Shown: one piece after another, positions 24,639 through 39,059 of the stretch
Layout: every line of letters begins with the position of its first letter
Position numbering within the stretch: position 1 is the stretch's first letter
From: Phoronis australis
Taxonomy: Eukaryota; Animalia; Phoronida
NCBI GenBank assembly: GCA_002633005.1
Contig: NMRA01000475.1
Coordinates: forward strand, 262,938 to 326,937
DNA length: 64,000 nt
Direction: 5' to 3'
Made by a program: the position numbers and the translations under genes
The notes under the pieces: generated by a model
Told to the model about the DNA's origin: nothing
Databases searched by the model: none
Seen by the model: the letters and a program-made list of their open reading frames with translations, nothing else

Positions 24639-27600
24639 ATAATTGGAATCGGAACACTTATTTGTATGAGGCGAAACCAAGCACCTTAACTGCTGCGTTT
24701 GTTTTTCTTATTTGTACATCATGCAGTTCTACAGCTATCCGTTAAAATTAAATGGTTACTTACACGCTCTTGTGTTTTCTTATTAACAATGTACGGGCCG
24801 CGGGTGTAATCTTTGTATCCGAAATTGAACTCGATATTATTTTTGAAATTTTCGATTATACTTTTGTGCGAACTTAAACATAAATATAGATTATTACATG
24901 GGGAAGTCGTTACATACCGTAATCTAGAGCCGGAGTAGATTTTGGAGAATTATCGCCCGAGGGGCGTTTTATGCTCGAGTTCATAAATGGCTTGCATGAA
25001 TAATTGCCAAGTCCTAGTATAAACTTGATGACTAGCGGCTAGCAATAAGGCTAAAAGTTCGAATGTGAATTCGAAATTTCAAGTTTTTACTCGATTTTGT
25101 ACTTCGAATCTCGGGGTCATCAAGTGCAAACTCATGCTTCAACCGTAATGTACTTAGTGACTCGGAGACAGGATAATCAGGCATTCATCTTGACTTAAAA
25201 CAAAGCAAATTAGAAAATGCAAAAACTAATTTAGAGTTCGATTTCGAGTGCAAAGATTACACAGCGCAAGCCTTAGTCATGTCTTAATACTAGAAATACA
25301 ACTGATTTCTATACAATTCAAAACATCAAATAAAGCTTACATGGTCACACTTTTAATGTGTGAGTATAATACATCTGTATACAAAGCAAATCCGTTTTTG
25401 TATGTTGTCCGCCCCCCATCACCTTTGCCAGCAGGATTGTCTCTCATATCATCGTAATTGATTAGAGCGTGGACGTATTTAGCCGAACAAATACACTTGT
25501 TCTTTTTATAATTGGTATTTGTTGTTTACATCTACTACCCGTTTGTTTACATAGCAGAGCATTCCGGCAGGATATGTGTTAGATCAAACAGCTGCCTGCA
25601 TGTTGTCCCTGAGAGCGCAAAATTATCAGTGAACAGCCTGGTCATAAAATACAGAACACGACACGAAAAACCACTCTATGAATGTATGTTCTGACCAAAG
25701 TCTCTCGAGATTTCATTGTATAGCGTTGAATCAGGGCAGCATATTAACAATACACTAGCCTTTCACTGATCGCTTGATTTTGCGTGAGCTTCTTTTCTCG
25801 CAATACTCTTGCGGCTACGGAACGCAGTCTACTTTAGGGCGTGGAATGTAATGTCGGTTATCGAAACTTGATTCGAAAATTGTCAGATTTCGAGTAAACT
25901 TACTAATTTGTATTCCATTTACGTGGGGCCTTGGTTAAATTTGGTCTGGGTTTGTGTCTAGGTTTTGAAGTCAAAACTGCGGCCAGTTACGTTTTATTCA
26001 TCCGCATACGTGGATGTATACTGCTGTACTTGTGCGCCTTTGGCCGCTAGCATGATTGAAATTTGGTTTCTCACAGTGTTCCTATGAACATGACGACGAT
26101 TTTCGGATCAAATCGCCCTTCTGCTGTGGCACCTAGTAACACTTATATTTTAGCAAGTCTCCCGACGGATTTTTACGAGACTTGGCATATTGGTATCAAG
26201 AATGTAACAGCCCCATGCCACCGTCATCTTGTACGCTCCTCTTGGGCATTTCAGTGTTTCATTGTCCAATTTACTCGTTTTTTAACGTTAAAACGATAAT
26301 TAAGTGGCGGCCGCCAGATAATAAAATGTTTTTCTTTACTTCAAAATGGCAATATTGCCGGGCTTTGTCGAACCCAACCCAGATAAAATAAACAAAGTTG
26401 TTAGCGATCGAATTGCAAGTTGTTAGTGTATTAACTTGTCGCTCCAAAACATAAATCGATGCATGTGCAGTTGGATCGAAATGAATGTGTCAATTTCGTA
26501 ATGTTTAAGTTCGAGACGGAATGAAACAAACACTTCTTGTAATAATTCACAGTAAGAATTAAGACTATGTAATGTCTTTAATATCCTAATTAGGGCTGAA
26601 GAACTGCCTTTGAATTCGATACTTTACACGATGCGCTGTCAAACTGGTCTCATTTAATACCAGAGGACCCTTTGCCAATTGGCTGAAACTGATGATCTCA
26701 AGACAAGGATGAGTTAATTCGAACTAAAGATATTTTATTGCAGAATTTCTAATGTATGATGCCAGCTTTGCTTTACCTACGATTCTTTACTATCACTTGC
26801 TAGAGGAAAGTCGTTACGACTGATACGACTTGCTGTTTAGTTCACGATCAGTCAATCGGTGGAAAACAAAGCCTACACTGTACAGCATGACTCCTTCAAC
26901 GTAGAAGATAGTTGCCCGATAGATTCAGTAAAAAAGAAGGATTGAATTTAATCTATATTCATTTTCACTCTGTAGTGGACAATGCTGTCAATTAATAGTA
27001 ATGGCAATCGGGTGGACGGAAACGATTCCAATTCCCCGCCTTCAGATTTCAGCCTTGATCCCATAAAACACGAATCCGGATCGCGGTACACATTCCATAC
27101 CCGTCTGAACTTGACACATGCAGTGAAAATACCACACGCCTCAATGGCGTCCAAACTCCCTGCTGTGGTCCGTGATTGGTCGGCCAGGAGTAAGAAATAT
27201 TTTCAGCGCGCGTTTGGAGTTTAGGGGCCCGAATTTGTAATTAGTACTGCGGGTTTGGTGTTTGATGATCTGGGATTCGGAGGTTTAGAGGGCGTCAGCA
27301 TAAAGGCGCGTCTATGGAACCGTTTCTACCCCTTATTTGGCCTAATGGTTAAATAGCAGTATCAGTAATACTATAGTAAGAATAAGAGAGAAATAACAAC
27401 AGTAATAGTAACAATCGACTGTGATGCTTCCACAGGCTGGTTGGAAGAGCTCGTCACTGTGTTTGGTATAGTTTCGAAATCAAATTGTGTATGTGCTACA
27501 CAGCCGGTAAGTTTACAGTAAAAAATAAACAAACGCATTGCCACAACTAACATTCTGAAATCAGGCGCCATCTAATGTATAGCATTTTGCTCATCTTATA

Positions 27601-27757
27601 ATCCCTCCTGAGGCCTAGCCGAACGTATATGGTTCAACATCGCCTTCCCCCTGGTTGCAATTATTGGCATTTTAGGTCTGTACAATATCTGGATAATAGA
27701 GAACGTAGCTACATATGATCATAGAATATGCTTAAAAGTTTATGTTAGTTCTGCCTA

Positions 27758-27974
27758 CACTGGAAAAGTCAACCAAACTTGAAATTTCCTGTTATTTTGG
27801 TAAGTTTTAAAACCAGTTTTCGTTGGCAAAATTCAAACCAAAGGTTTTGTTTTGCCAGTGCAGACGTTAAAACGCCAAACACGTTAGACTGGTTGTCCAA
27901 ACTCATCAAAATATCAGCAAACACCGAGTTTGGCCGTGTTTGCAAACGGAGGTTTTGTTGAGTTTGCTAGAGTG
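27758..27974. mobile_element. Small CAC...GTG element with TA flanks (EnSpm/CACTA-like MITE)
   Basis: TA|CACTGGAAAAGTCAAC...GTTGAGTTTGCTAGAGTG|TA, with imperfect TIRs. Confidence 0.4.
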
Positions 27975-27979
27975 TAGAT

Positions 27980-28135
27980 CAGGCGTGCGTTCAGTAACGC
28001 TAGGACTTACGCTAGGACCTAGCTAAAATCTAGCCAAAATCACGTGCTCTCATTTGAAATACACGGCAATTTCTCGCGTAATCTTACGAAGTCTTGCTTT
28101 TTAGCGAGGTCCTAGCCTTACTGAACGGGAGGCAG
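27980..28135 (+). mobile_element. About 155-bp palindromic MITE
   Basis: Close copy of 7473-7629. Confidence 0.75.
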
Positions 28136-28857
28136 GTTTGCTTATTTATGTGTCTTAGCTTGACCCGTATGAGCCGGATGATTACCGAAATCCGGCGCCA
28201 GAACCTTGATAATGTTGTCGAGTTTGCAGTGAGCATCTTCGTAGAAAGTACTGCGTTTCGACAATTGCTTCTTGTAAGCTGTAAGAAACAAAAAAATAAT
28301 TATTGGTGAAAAGATTCAAATTACCACTTTTTAAATTTTCAGGGACAAGAAAACGTTTCTTAATTAAAGACTCATGTAAAAAACGAAATTCATACTAATA
28401 CTCTAGAAATCGCCCACTGCTTTGGAAAGTGAGCTGGTGCGCTTTCGTAGTCGCATCACACGCGAGAAGAAAACACGCAGGTCTCTTGTAATGCAAGGAA
28501 ATATCTCCTGAAGATTCGCGTGATTTTCCGTTTTTGAAACCCCTTTGCCACCGCTGTCTGGGTGCAACAGTTTGAAAATCTTATTCAAATTTTCTATATT
28601 TAATGCTGTAGTTGGACAAAATTTCTTGAACTAGCATTTGATGCCATGTCTTTGTCCATTTTGGTCAGTCGCAGAAACATATGCCCGTATATTCGGTTTG
28701 AGAGTAGAAATAATCATCGCTTTTATAGTGATATTGAAAGATTCGAGGTAAATTTTGAGTAACCTTGCTTATAAGTTACGTTTTACTGAGGCAGTGAATT
28801 GGAAAGAAGTCCTCCCTTAACGCAATTTCCTAAATGAAGTCAGAGTTTCTAAGATTT

Positions 28858-29076
28858 ATGGTGTAGTGCTCATTGGCGCGAGCTCCGGATTTCCGTTTGA
28901 TAATACCCGGGTTCAAATCCTCGCTTTATAAGCAGGCAATCCAGCACTGCACAAAAGTGTCTCATCCCACTTCCCTGAGATTGGGTTTCCTAGTGAATGT
29001 ATTCAAGGAAATGAAAGAAAACCTGGATATAATGTGAAAGTGATTTCTGGGGGTGCTCTAATACTCAAAAAAAAAC
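28858..29076 (+). mobile_element. tRNA-derived SINE (degenerate)
   Basis: A-box-like TGGTGTAGTG/CTCATTGG and B box GGGTTCAAATCC (about 28909-28920), followed by a non-tRNA body and an A-rich tail. No intact cloverleaf. Confidence 0.5.
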
Positions 29077-31314
29077 TTTTCACAGAATTCAAAGCGCCTC
29101 GCAGCCCTATTTAGTTTCTCAGGCCGCAGTATTGCATTATATTCAATTTTAACGTTTCAGTTACCCAGTGTATGGATTAGTTAACATGCTTACATTTTAT
29201 GACTGCTTTCACCACAGGTACAACAGCTTGGTACACGGCAAGTCGTATTGTTTCGGGAATCTGATAAACAAAGAATGTGTTTTGCTCAAAGCGAGATCAT
29301 GGATATAAATTATCACTCATTGATGAATCCATTCAAACTGAGCGTAATCATACAAAAATTCGAGTTCCCCTTATGAGGAAAAACATTGCATGATGCATAA
29401 CTTATTTTTCCCTTTTCAAAAAAAGGAATATTATTAAATCCACCAAAATATTTTCTGTATTGAACCTCAACAGGTTTTTTTGCTATAGAGAACTTCCAAG
29501 GTGAACCAGTGGTCAATAAAGCCTATTCAAGTCAACAGAAAGTTGGTCAAATTCGCCGTACCTCTTCTTGATGTTCTGCTAAATTTTCTTCTAGCAGCTG
29601 TCGATGTCTTTCATCCTAAATCACGTAATAACAACAGCAGCTTAATTACTTTACCAGTACATTGAGTTGAACTCTTATACCATACCGTGACATTTCGCTA
29701 AAATGAATACATCCTCAGTGTAAGTTTCGAGTTTTAATGCATATGTACTGAAGTATAAGTGACGTCACCGGACATGGGGCAAAATCAGTGAGCGTGGTCA
29801 GTATCGAGTGTTGTGAATTGAGTATTTGATAGTTATTTTTTCTCGGTGCCCCAAACTATAAAAAGTCCGGGAGTTCTTGACAATTTTCGAACTGTCTCGC
29901 ACCCACACCCTCCTTGCCACAATTTTCGTGGGACTTAGTTGAAACAAGGGTCTAAAACCAAGAGTCTTACAACTGTTCTAATTACGTTAGAGGTCAACCA
30001 CAGTTAAAGTAATTTATTTTTTGAAAAGCTTTTAGATTGTCAACTCAAAAAGACTTTAAAGGTACATGCACTGAATCACAAGTGTTCAGCTCCTTTCACA
30101 TCGCAGTAAGTCCCGATCATCTGGTTTGGCGCCCGTTGGAACGTATTCAAGATCACCTTATAACCGTCCGTAGCGTACAAATCATCATCTTTTCCACATG
30201 ACCGGACTAATTAAGATTCCACTGCTTCACCGTTTTCAATAAGCTGCATCGACAACTCGCTGCAATTACTTCAATCTAGACTAATCAGAGTAAGGGGTCA
30301 GACATAGTGGTCTTGATATAGAAAGAACTAAGTAATCACTGAATAACATGCCCGTTATTTAATTAGTGGAGTAGCCTAATCTGGTTCAGTAAATCACGGA
30401 CCACTGTATTCTACCAGGAACCTTACCAGAATCTCAGCTCGGTAACATAACCAGTTATAGTGCCATTTCTATAGTTTCTTGTTAGTTTTGCTTTGAGAAA
30501 TATTTAAAGTTGGACAATTGAGAATACAATGAGCAACAACGTGAAGAGTGCGCGAAATGGCGGGAAATACTGCGTAATTACGTGAACTTTAGTCCGCTCA
30601 CTAGTTCAGTCTTTTCGAACGTACTAACTCAATGTACCGTCCTAAATTTAGACTGGTCCAGATCACCGTTTACATTTTCTCTAAAATTATTTGTGGTCGA
30701 GAAAGAATGTTAGTCCACCGTTCTAAACGTGTAATGCGAAAGGTCCTTTAGCCTACGATCTTTCTCATTTTTTAGCCATTTGTCAAAGTGGTCGTCGCAC
30801 CTGCCCGGGTCTTTTGTCGTGAGAAAATCGACCCACAGATAGTACAATCAAAAAGTTTTAGGTACTTAAATCCATAAAATTATTGTGAAATATGTCTTAA
30901 GCTTGCACTAGCAGCATCAAATCAACGCATGAGTACTTTTCTGTGTTCGTAGCGCAATTCACCGTGACTCATGAGACTATTAAACTGGTTTTATGTGGTA
31001 CAAAAGAACACTCGGCGAAACACCAAGATTTTTCAAATGTCTTCATATTATTGCGTAGTTTCCGTGCTATTAAAGCAGCTCCTTATCTGCCAATGAACAC
31101 ATTATGCGAACACAGGGGCCTTGACAGGGGATCGAATCCTTGGAAAAACAAATCCAGCGGTTGTTAAATGAATTCCTGTTGGAATCAACAAACGTATGTT
31201 TTCTCTTAGTAACATTTAACGATAGACAATAAACATGATCAAGGTAGTAGCATTATACAAGACACCGAACACAGCTTGATAGGGCAGCGCAGATAAATAT
31301 CACAGCAGAGATAA

Positions 31315-31552
31315 CAGTGGCAGATCTACGATTTCAGTAAGGGGGGGGTTTAGGATTCGAGAGAATCCGAGGTGCGTAGCGCCGAGGAGAAGGAAGGTCG
31401 CGAGAGGGTTTCCCCTCCTCCCGTGTAAGATTTTTTGGGATTTTTGGTAGCTAATTTCGTTTTTCTGGCGATTTTTTTTCCAGTTTTTATTTTTGATCCT
31501 GTCCCGAGGGGGTGTTTAAACCCCCTGAACCCCCCCTGTAGATCCGCCTCTG
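31315..31552. mobile_element. 238-bp MITE with 15-bp TIRs and a 5-bp TSD
   Basis: CAGTGGCAGATCTAC / GTAGATCCGCCTCTG, with GATAA on both flanks (31310-31314, 31553-31557). Confidence 0.8.
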
Positions 31553-32306
31553 GATAATACATCTTTACATGTATAAAACCGATTGTCGACCGTGTTAGTA
31601 TTGACATAGGCATACATTGCCTCAATCATATCTTAGACGATCACAATTCGTTTACGCTGACACCTATTGGTTAACTGTTTGAACAATTTAGAAAAGTGTA
31701 CTTGCCAAAACAAATCAGGCTGTTTCCATTTTTATTGACGGAAATGCAGTATTATTATAATTCTTTTTGCCTAAACCTTACCTTGGCAAATTTACTGATA
31801 TGTTCTTCCAATGTACTTGTCACTTTGGACAAAGTGATATGCTTTCGTTCTTCGTGAATACTGGAATCACTCCCTAAAGTATTGACATAATAGCGTTGGA
31901 CTATGTGCTTTTCATTTTGAGCAGCGACAAAGGGTGAAACACGGAAAATAACAAGAGCAATGTGTAGCTTAATCAATCAAAAGAGTAAATTGAGTTGGAT
32001 AATAACGCATTGTCGACTAATGTAAATAGGCTCAATACGTTATCAAACTGTCAAAAATAATTAAGACACAATATTAAAGTTTATGTTTTGTAATAGATGA
32101 AGTAGCATACACTTGTGTTTTATAATATCAACACGAATCAGCATCCCTTTATTTTTGATAAATAATAAGCTTTGAATTGTTGTCCCTTGGGAAAAAGTGT
32201 CGACCAAAATTTACTCTTGTTTACTACAGTCGTAAATCCTGGTTGGCCCGTGGGAAGACAGTAAGTCACAGGCGACACTTTCCTCCCATTGTCCATACAT
32301 AGTTAA

Positions 32307-33951
32307 AGGAGCATGCCACCCAAAAAACAACCTAATTTGTATCAATTTAGATCGAGTAGTTCTACTCCATAAGGGCACGTACGGTTGCGTTACCCAACAC
32401 CTGACGGCAGACGAAGGTGTTGAAATTATCCAGTGACGTAATTGGTTTCACACGCAGTCTGTTCAGGAGTTCACAACACGGCCGGGTTACTGGTGTCAGC
32501 TTATTGCTTGAATTCATCGTTTAACACCAATAAATCATCAAACGTCGATGTTAACCCTTAAAAGTACACCGAAATCTTATAAAAACGTGTTCTTTTATTT
32601 CGCTCTTACGGATTTATTGGTGTTTACACACACTGAAGGTCTGTAGCACTCGAGGAGTTTGGGGTCTGTTCGGAGATAAATTCTGAATATTTTTCAGTGA
32701 GATACAGACAGGAAAACCTAAATCTGTGTTGTTTAAACTTGTTATTTTTTGAATTCTAAACACACAAAACGATTGTTATCCTGGCCAGTGGCTCGGAGCC
32801 CGATCAGGCCCGTCGCCGGCCGGGCGGGACCACTCCGGCTCGTTATCCCGGCCAGTGGCTCGGAAGCCGATCAGACATCACAAACATAAACCATCTAAAG
32901 TTGGAAACTAATCTTCCAGTCAAGAAATACTAGTGAGCCAAAGAAGTAAAGTGCACGTGATTATTTTGGTGAATTAGCCACGAAACTGCAAATCAACTTA
33001 CTCGTCCGACCGGGGGCCCGCGAACTCAGGTTCCGCTTTGGCCACAGAACCGTCACGGCAGAAGTTTTACATTGACAATCATAATTTGAATAATGTAAAT
33101 GTAAATAAAGATTCCCTAACACCTGGCCGTGGTATAGAAATCGAATTGTTTCACAACAGTTCTGTTAGCAAACACTGAATTAGCGTGAGCTCACACGGCC
33201 TCGGTGTCTCGTCAATTAGTTTTATTACAAATAAAGCCGTTAACGCATTGATTTATTCATTGCTGGCTTCTCACATCATTTCCACTCACGAACATTCCAA
33301 AGGCATTCCAAATTGCATCTAATGAGACACACTTTGTTTCAGTTCTATATAAGTATTGGTAAAAGGATGAGAATAATTCATTTTGAAACAGAACGCTCAG
33401 TAATAAACGTCAACACGACAACTCGCAATCCCGACTTAGACGAGAGCTCATTCCAACGAAGACTTCGCAGGTGGATCGTTAAGTTTCACAGGCTATCACT
33501 TCGAACAGGAGTACAGTGATGAAGAAACACTACCAGAGAGGCGCATGGATAGTTATTTGAAGCCGGCATTCGTCAGGCACTGTTCCGCGGCTACTACAGG
33601 CCACAGACACGGAGATGTTTCACGGCCTCATACTTGCTATTTATAGCGTACTTTTAATTCTTCGCTACCACGAGCCCCTTCCTAAGCATTTCGGACTCTT
33701 AAGTAAGTCGAAAAAACGATATACCCGCTTTCCTCGCAGTTGCATCGTTCGGACAAGCGGGAACGATGCACCGCAACATAGCGGCATTAACTCTGCAAAT
33801 GAACCACTGACGTCGCTGCGTCGTTTCTCACCTTCCTCACAGGTTAACGCGATACCTCTCGGCAAGGTAAGGTCGACCGCCTGCAAGGCGATGTGGATAT
33901 AGACCGATTAAGACGGCAAAAAAGACTAATTAAATCGGGTGGCATTCTCCT
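32307..33951 (-). mobile_element. Non-autonomous Kolobok-type DNA transposon with a THAP relic (family A, copy 1)
   Basis: TTAA|AGGAGCATGCCACCC...GGGTGGCATTCTCCT|TTAA: 15-bp TIR, AG...CT ends and TTAA TSD, which fit Kolobok. An inverted copy lies at about 47067-48807. Confidence 0.85.
33596..33779 (-). pseudogene. Decayed THAP domain inside Kolobok family A, copy 1
   Basis: Reads MLRCIVPACPND...GISFFRLT*ESEMLRKGLVVAKN*KY...KHLRVCGL*, with in-frame stops. Confidence 0.7.
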
Positions 33952-34257
33952 TTAAGACACTTTTGCAGGAGCGTTAATTTACGACAGTACATAACGCCTG
34001 TAAAGTGAGCTCGTGAATTACGAGCGTACCTAAAATACTAGCCTGTAGCCGTAGAATCTGCTTACAGTTATCGATTACACGCTGAATCAATGTCCTCGTT
34101 TTACTCTCGTCGTTTTACAGTTGTAGTGTACGAGGGTAACAACGAACATGACATTACGAGCGTATAACTTTAAGAGCTCATTGATGTACAACCCGATCTC
34201 TCAGTGGATGAACGATTAAGATGGTAAATACTGGCGCTAAAAGTGTCCTTACGCCTG

Positions 34258-34420
34258 TAGGGGCGGATCCAGGATTTTGAGTTAGGGGGAGGGGGGCAGG
34301 ACAGAGTATTAGTCAGGATTTTGGCCATGAGATACTCGCACTCCCGAACTGCCAATTGAAATCTGGGAGAATTTTAGGGGGGGGGCATGGCCCCCTTGGC
34401 CCCCCTCAAAATCGGCCAGA
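34258..34420. mobile_element. Degenerate AGGGGCGGATCC-type MITE
   Basis: 5' end aggggcggatccaggatttt plus a G run; 3' ggggcatggcccccttggccccc..aaaatcggcca. Same architecture as 31315-31552; TSD not clear. Confidence 0.45.
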
Positions 34421-34954
34421 TTTCGCTCCAGCGATCAACGATAGAAAACGGCAAGTTCACAACCATTCCCACTTTGGAAAATCCTTTTTGTGTAGGCCAT
34501 GGTATTTTGAGATTTCGAAACAGTTCGTTATTCGCTAGCTATCAAGCTACTTTGATTAAAAAGTTCAATTCGCGGCGCAAAACACTACATGAATTCAGGA
34601 ACTAATACTTTGAGTTGTTGCGGGGCCGCCTGACTCCTACTGGGTTTGATGATTGCTGCGAAAATTTCGACGCCCTCTGCCGGTGCTGATAGACAACAAC
34701 AGCAAGGTCTTGGATCAAGAGTCAGACAACTTATGTCTGACCCCTTCATCCAAAGAGGGATTCTTCACTGAAACCCAGATAGCCCCTCTGACAAGTCGTT
34801 CAAACCAAGGACTCTCTCTGCCCAGTATACCCTCAGGTCCGGTGTCTCAAACAGGTGCCCCGTGCCACAAATCAAAAACTTCTCTTTTCACACACAGGGG
34901 TCAGAATTAATTTGTCTGACACATGTTCCAGGGCCATGCGGTTGATGTTTATAC

Positions 34955-35424
34955 AGTAGCTAGCAGAAGCAGTAGCAGTAACATTAGCAGTAGGAGTAGC
35001 AATAGCAGCAGCAGAAGCAGTAGCAGCAGCAGCAGCAGCAGCAGTAGCAGTATCAGCAGTAGCAGCAGTAGCAGTATCAGCAGTAGCACCAGCAGCACTA
35101 GCAGAAGCAGTAGTAGTAGTATCAGTAGCAGTAGCAGTAGCATCAGCAGCAGCAGCAGTATCAGTAGCAGTAGCAGCAGCAGCAGCAGCAGCAGTANGCA
35201 GCAGCAGCAGCATCAGTAGCAGCAGCAGCAGCAGCAGTAGAAGTAGCAGCAGCAGTGTCAGTAGCAGTATCAGTAGCAGTATCAGTAGCAGTATCAGTTG
35301 CAGTAGCAGTATCAGTAGCAGTATCAGTATCAGTTGCAGTAGCAGTAGCAGTATCAGTAGCAGTATCAGTAGCAGTATCAGTTGCAGTAGCAGTAGCAGT
35401 AGCAGTAGCAGAATCAGTAGCAGT

Positions 35425-35465
<41 letters not shown>

Positions 35466-35473
35466 CAGTAGTA
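34955..35473. repeat. Compound (AGC/AGT)n microsatellite with higher-order (agtagcagtatc) units
   Basis: About 520 bp of trinucleotide repeats. It accounts for the poly-L, poly-S and poly-A ORFs. Confidence 0.97.
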
Positions 35474-38400
35474 CCACTGACACTACTATTTCTACGGCTA
35501 CTACTAATAGTTAAATCGTTGTGGCTCAGGTTAATTAGTCATCTTATTTTTATTTTCATTATTGCGCTTAAACGTAGTATTTTCTGCCAATCAGCAGTGA
35601 AATTGTTTAAAGACTGATTAGATTTCGATTACGGATTAATTGGTTTTGCCTAGAAGAGTCACCGGACCCCATTGTAAGCTAACCTGTCAGAAGTCCTTGA
35701 CTCACGCTTGCGGGGCGACGTGTCTGAAAATAAAGAAAACCAAGGAAGCTCGTGTTGGTCGATACCTACATCATGTTTATAAATCATATAACGCCAATTT
35801 AAAAATTCGAAAAGGACACTTGCTGTTTCGGTTGGAACCTAATGAAGATTTCAAAAACAAAAGTAAAATAACATTTCGTAAGTTGTCTGTTGGTCATTAA
35901 AAATGCCAAATACAGTGGAAATGTTTTCGTTGTACTAGATATAAGAAAGTGTTGTCCGTCAGTTCTGTCAGAGACCGATCACTGAGAAGGCCACATAAAA
36001 GGCCAGTTCTATTCTGGTATAGTAGCAATACTAAGTCAAAGTTGGAAGCAAATTTAAATAAAGCTGTGATAAACTGGGTTCTTACCTGTTTTGATAAATC
36101 AAGACTTGCAACTGAAAATATAAAATGCCTTTATTTAAGGGTTTCCCTGTTTTTTGTTAAGTGCATGAGCAGAAAGTGACAATTTCTCTTAAATGGACAT
36201 TTCATTTTATTCTCGATACAAAGTGAGAAATAAACCAAGTCACTGAACCACTCAAAATTTGTGTTACCATACCAAGAAACAAACATGTGATGGTAGAAGG
36301 TAATTCAGTGAGCCCCATCAATGTTGTAGTTGGTGGGAGTAAGAGACAGTGTAGTTCATTATTATATGAGACCATGCTGAAGAAATCTGATGTCACCACG
36401 GTTGTTCGCGTCGATCGATCATAGTCTCATGCAAAAAATTAGTTGCATAACATACCCGGATGAAGGCGTGCTGGTTTAGACTTAGAAACAGTTAGATTTG
36501 ACTCCGCCTGAGGTTCGAAAGATGACGCTGGAATTTCACTGAAACAATGAACACAGTCAAACGGTTGACAATGGGAGACTTTCGGGAATCGGTGTAGAAT
36601 GGCTTTTATTGCATTAATGACCCATCGTTCGTGTGCCGCATGTCTGTTTTATTCGTAAACTCATGTGAAGGTCCTGATACTGAAAACGTGACTGTAATTA
36701 AACTTTTGTAACTGTCTTTTGCAGTGTATTTATGCCAGTTAAATTAAACAATGACTGTGGTTTAATTTCTAAGGAATGAATTAATCTACAATTAAAATTA
36801 GATACTTACTGGACAAATGCATCGCTGCACTACCATCGTATAACACATATTAGCCGACACAAACTGTCACGATTAATGGTAACAGAAAGAATGTTTAATA
36901 AACTTAGTTTTTAAAACATTTTAACCAACTTGTTTCTATGTCCAAACCAATTGTAAATTAAACGTTATTTTTGACACTTCAAGTGACAAGGAGATGAACT
37001 TTCGAATTTAGAGTTCGGTCTGCACAATTACAAAATAAAGGCACGCCTCTTGGCTAGTCAATGTAAGACAGTTCTATTCTTTGGCATTAATTACGTAAAA
37101 TGCAAGTAACTTCTGAAGAAATAAAATGCATTTTGAGGAAAGTGAAGCATTGTACACAAAAAGTGCATTTTTTTAACGACCCCTTTTGGTTTCGGGAAGC
37201 TGTTGGATAACTCCAGTACCTTTTCTGTTTTACCGTCTGAAGCGCTTCACAGTTCTTGTCTAGCTGTTGATACCGGTTCCCTCTGTTCATACCGACAGCT
37301 TCTCTGACATTATCGTTTGAGTCCTGTACGAGCAAGTCCCGAACTCTTGCAGTGCTTTCTAGAACAAAATTATACAAATTACGAAGTAGATATCTTAAAC
37401 TTGGAAGCCGGCCGCCGTGGTGGCCCTAAGCTGAAGAGTTCCTTTCCACGAAATAAAGCTTTAAACAGATTCTCTAGAGTATATATGCTGAGTATCCTAT
37501 CCCGAACACTTTTGGAGCTTTTGTGAATGAGATATATTAAAAGAAACGAAAATGCGTTCATTGTTTATATCTCCAACGAAAAATGCATGAATTATTTTAT
37601 CACCCAATGCTTTTTAAAAGTTGAATGAGGGCAATTTGGTTCATCACAAAGATATTTAAAGGGAAAAAACGTGTGTAGAAGTTTTATTTCTATTGAATAA
37701 CACATCTTATTTACACACTGCACTTGAAAAATTGAACGTGAATCGTCTGGATTCATCGCAAAACAAGGCTGTTTCTCGGTCCGTGAAACCGGTGTCTGGT
37801 CTCAACAATACATGTCGCAAACACTGTCACTTGTTGAGCGTGGTAAACAACCTCGGATTATGCCGAAAAATAACAACCATTGTTGAAAATGAAAAGCTCT
37901 TAAGAAATTTTACTGATCATTGCTGTAGGCGGAACTATTAGTGTGACCTCATTATGAAATGTCGTGGGCTATTATTAAACGTCAAAATAACAAAAACCCA
38001 ACGTAAAATCAAGTTTTTAAATTTTGATAATTTGTTATTGGAAATGAGAATCATATTCAGTTACCCAATGTCGTAAAAACGACGGATTTACGGCTTTTGG
38101 CAAACCTCACTTAACTAGAAACGTGACAATTAACAATTGAAAAACTAAAACTAAATAGAAGAAGACCAAATCAAATTAGATTTAAGCATTCCCTTCTTGA
38201 TGATGGTTCTGCAATTTGTTAATTATATACTTACGAGTAATGTGGAGCTCATGTTTTAGAACCTCTTTATCTTTATCCTTCTTCGGTATGTTTATCCTAC
38301 AATTGATATTGATATCCATGTGACGCTGTTTTTTTTTTTAGCTTGTTTTTATTCATGGGCATTTGCGTCGAATTGTTTCTAAGTCAAATTAGAGATAATT

Positions 38401-39059
38401 TCAGGGCTTTGAAGGAACGGGCAGTTGATTGGTTGAGACCAACACGTGACCTGAAGTTTCATTTGATGAGAAGAAATAACAGACTGTAAATTCATTCCAA
38501 GTTTACAGGAGATCACTTCTATATTGAGTAACCAACAAGATAAGACCATTTTTATTACGGCAAATGGTCAAATCAAAACTTGTTCTTTACAAGATAAAAA
38601 TATATTTATTCTAGAGATGTTACTTTTCCGATGTGCGTCAGTTGTTCGACTCGTCTTCAAATGCACACTCAGGATAATACCTTTTTTGGCTTTTTTACCT
38701 GGGCTTCGATCTGCACTACTGTCCGTGTCATCGGCCATTTTGCAATCCCCAACAAACTGCTTATAACGTCAGCGTCTCGATTTCTATGAATTCTACTGCA
38801 AGTACCACCGAGTTGATCGGAAGTCAATTTCTAATAAAATCACAATAATGCAGCGTATTTTTTATGTTCAAAGCTGACAACTTCAAGAAGTCTGTCGTAA
38901 CCAAGGATAATCACAAAATGCGTTTTCGCCCTTAAAACCGATTGTGTTCTTTTAAAGAGTGCTGGTAGCGTTCGCTAGTTATTCTTTCTCATGAGATTTA
39001 CATTACTACAAGTACATTTTGCTTTCAGGGAACACTTTTTACTCTTCAGGAAGATTTAA

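Noticed and set aside
26948-27224. Overlapping 68-80 aa ORFs
   Set aside because: There is no domain similarity and no convincing splice context; ORFs of this length are expected by chance.
28858-28925. tRNA gene
   Set aside because: A and B boxes are present, but the stems do not pair into a cloverleaf and the sequence continues into a SINE-like body.
34872-35617. Poly-Leu, poly-Ser and poly-Ala ORFs
   Set aside because: They are translations of the (AGC/AGT)n microsatellite.
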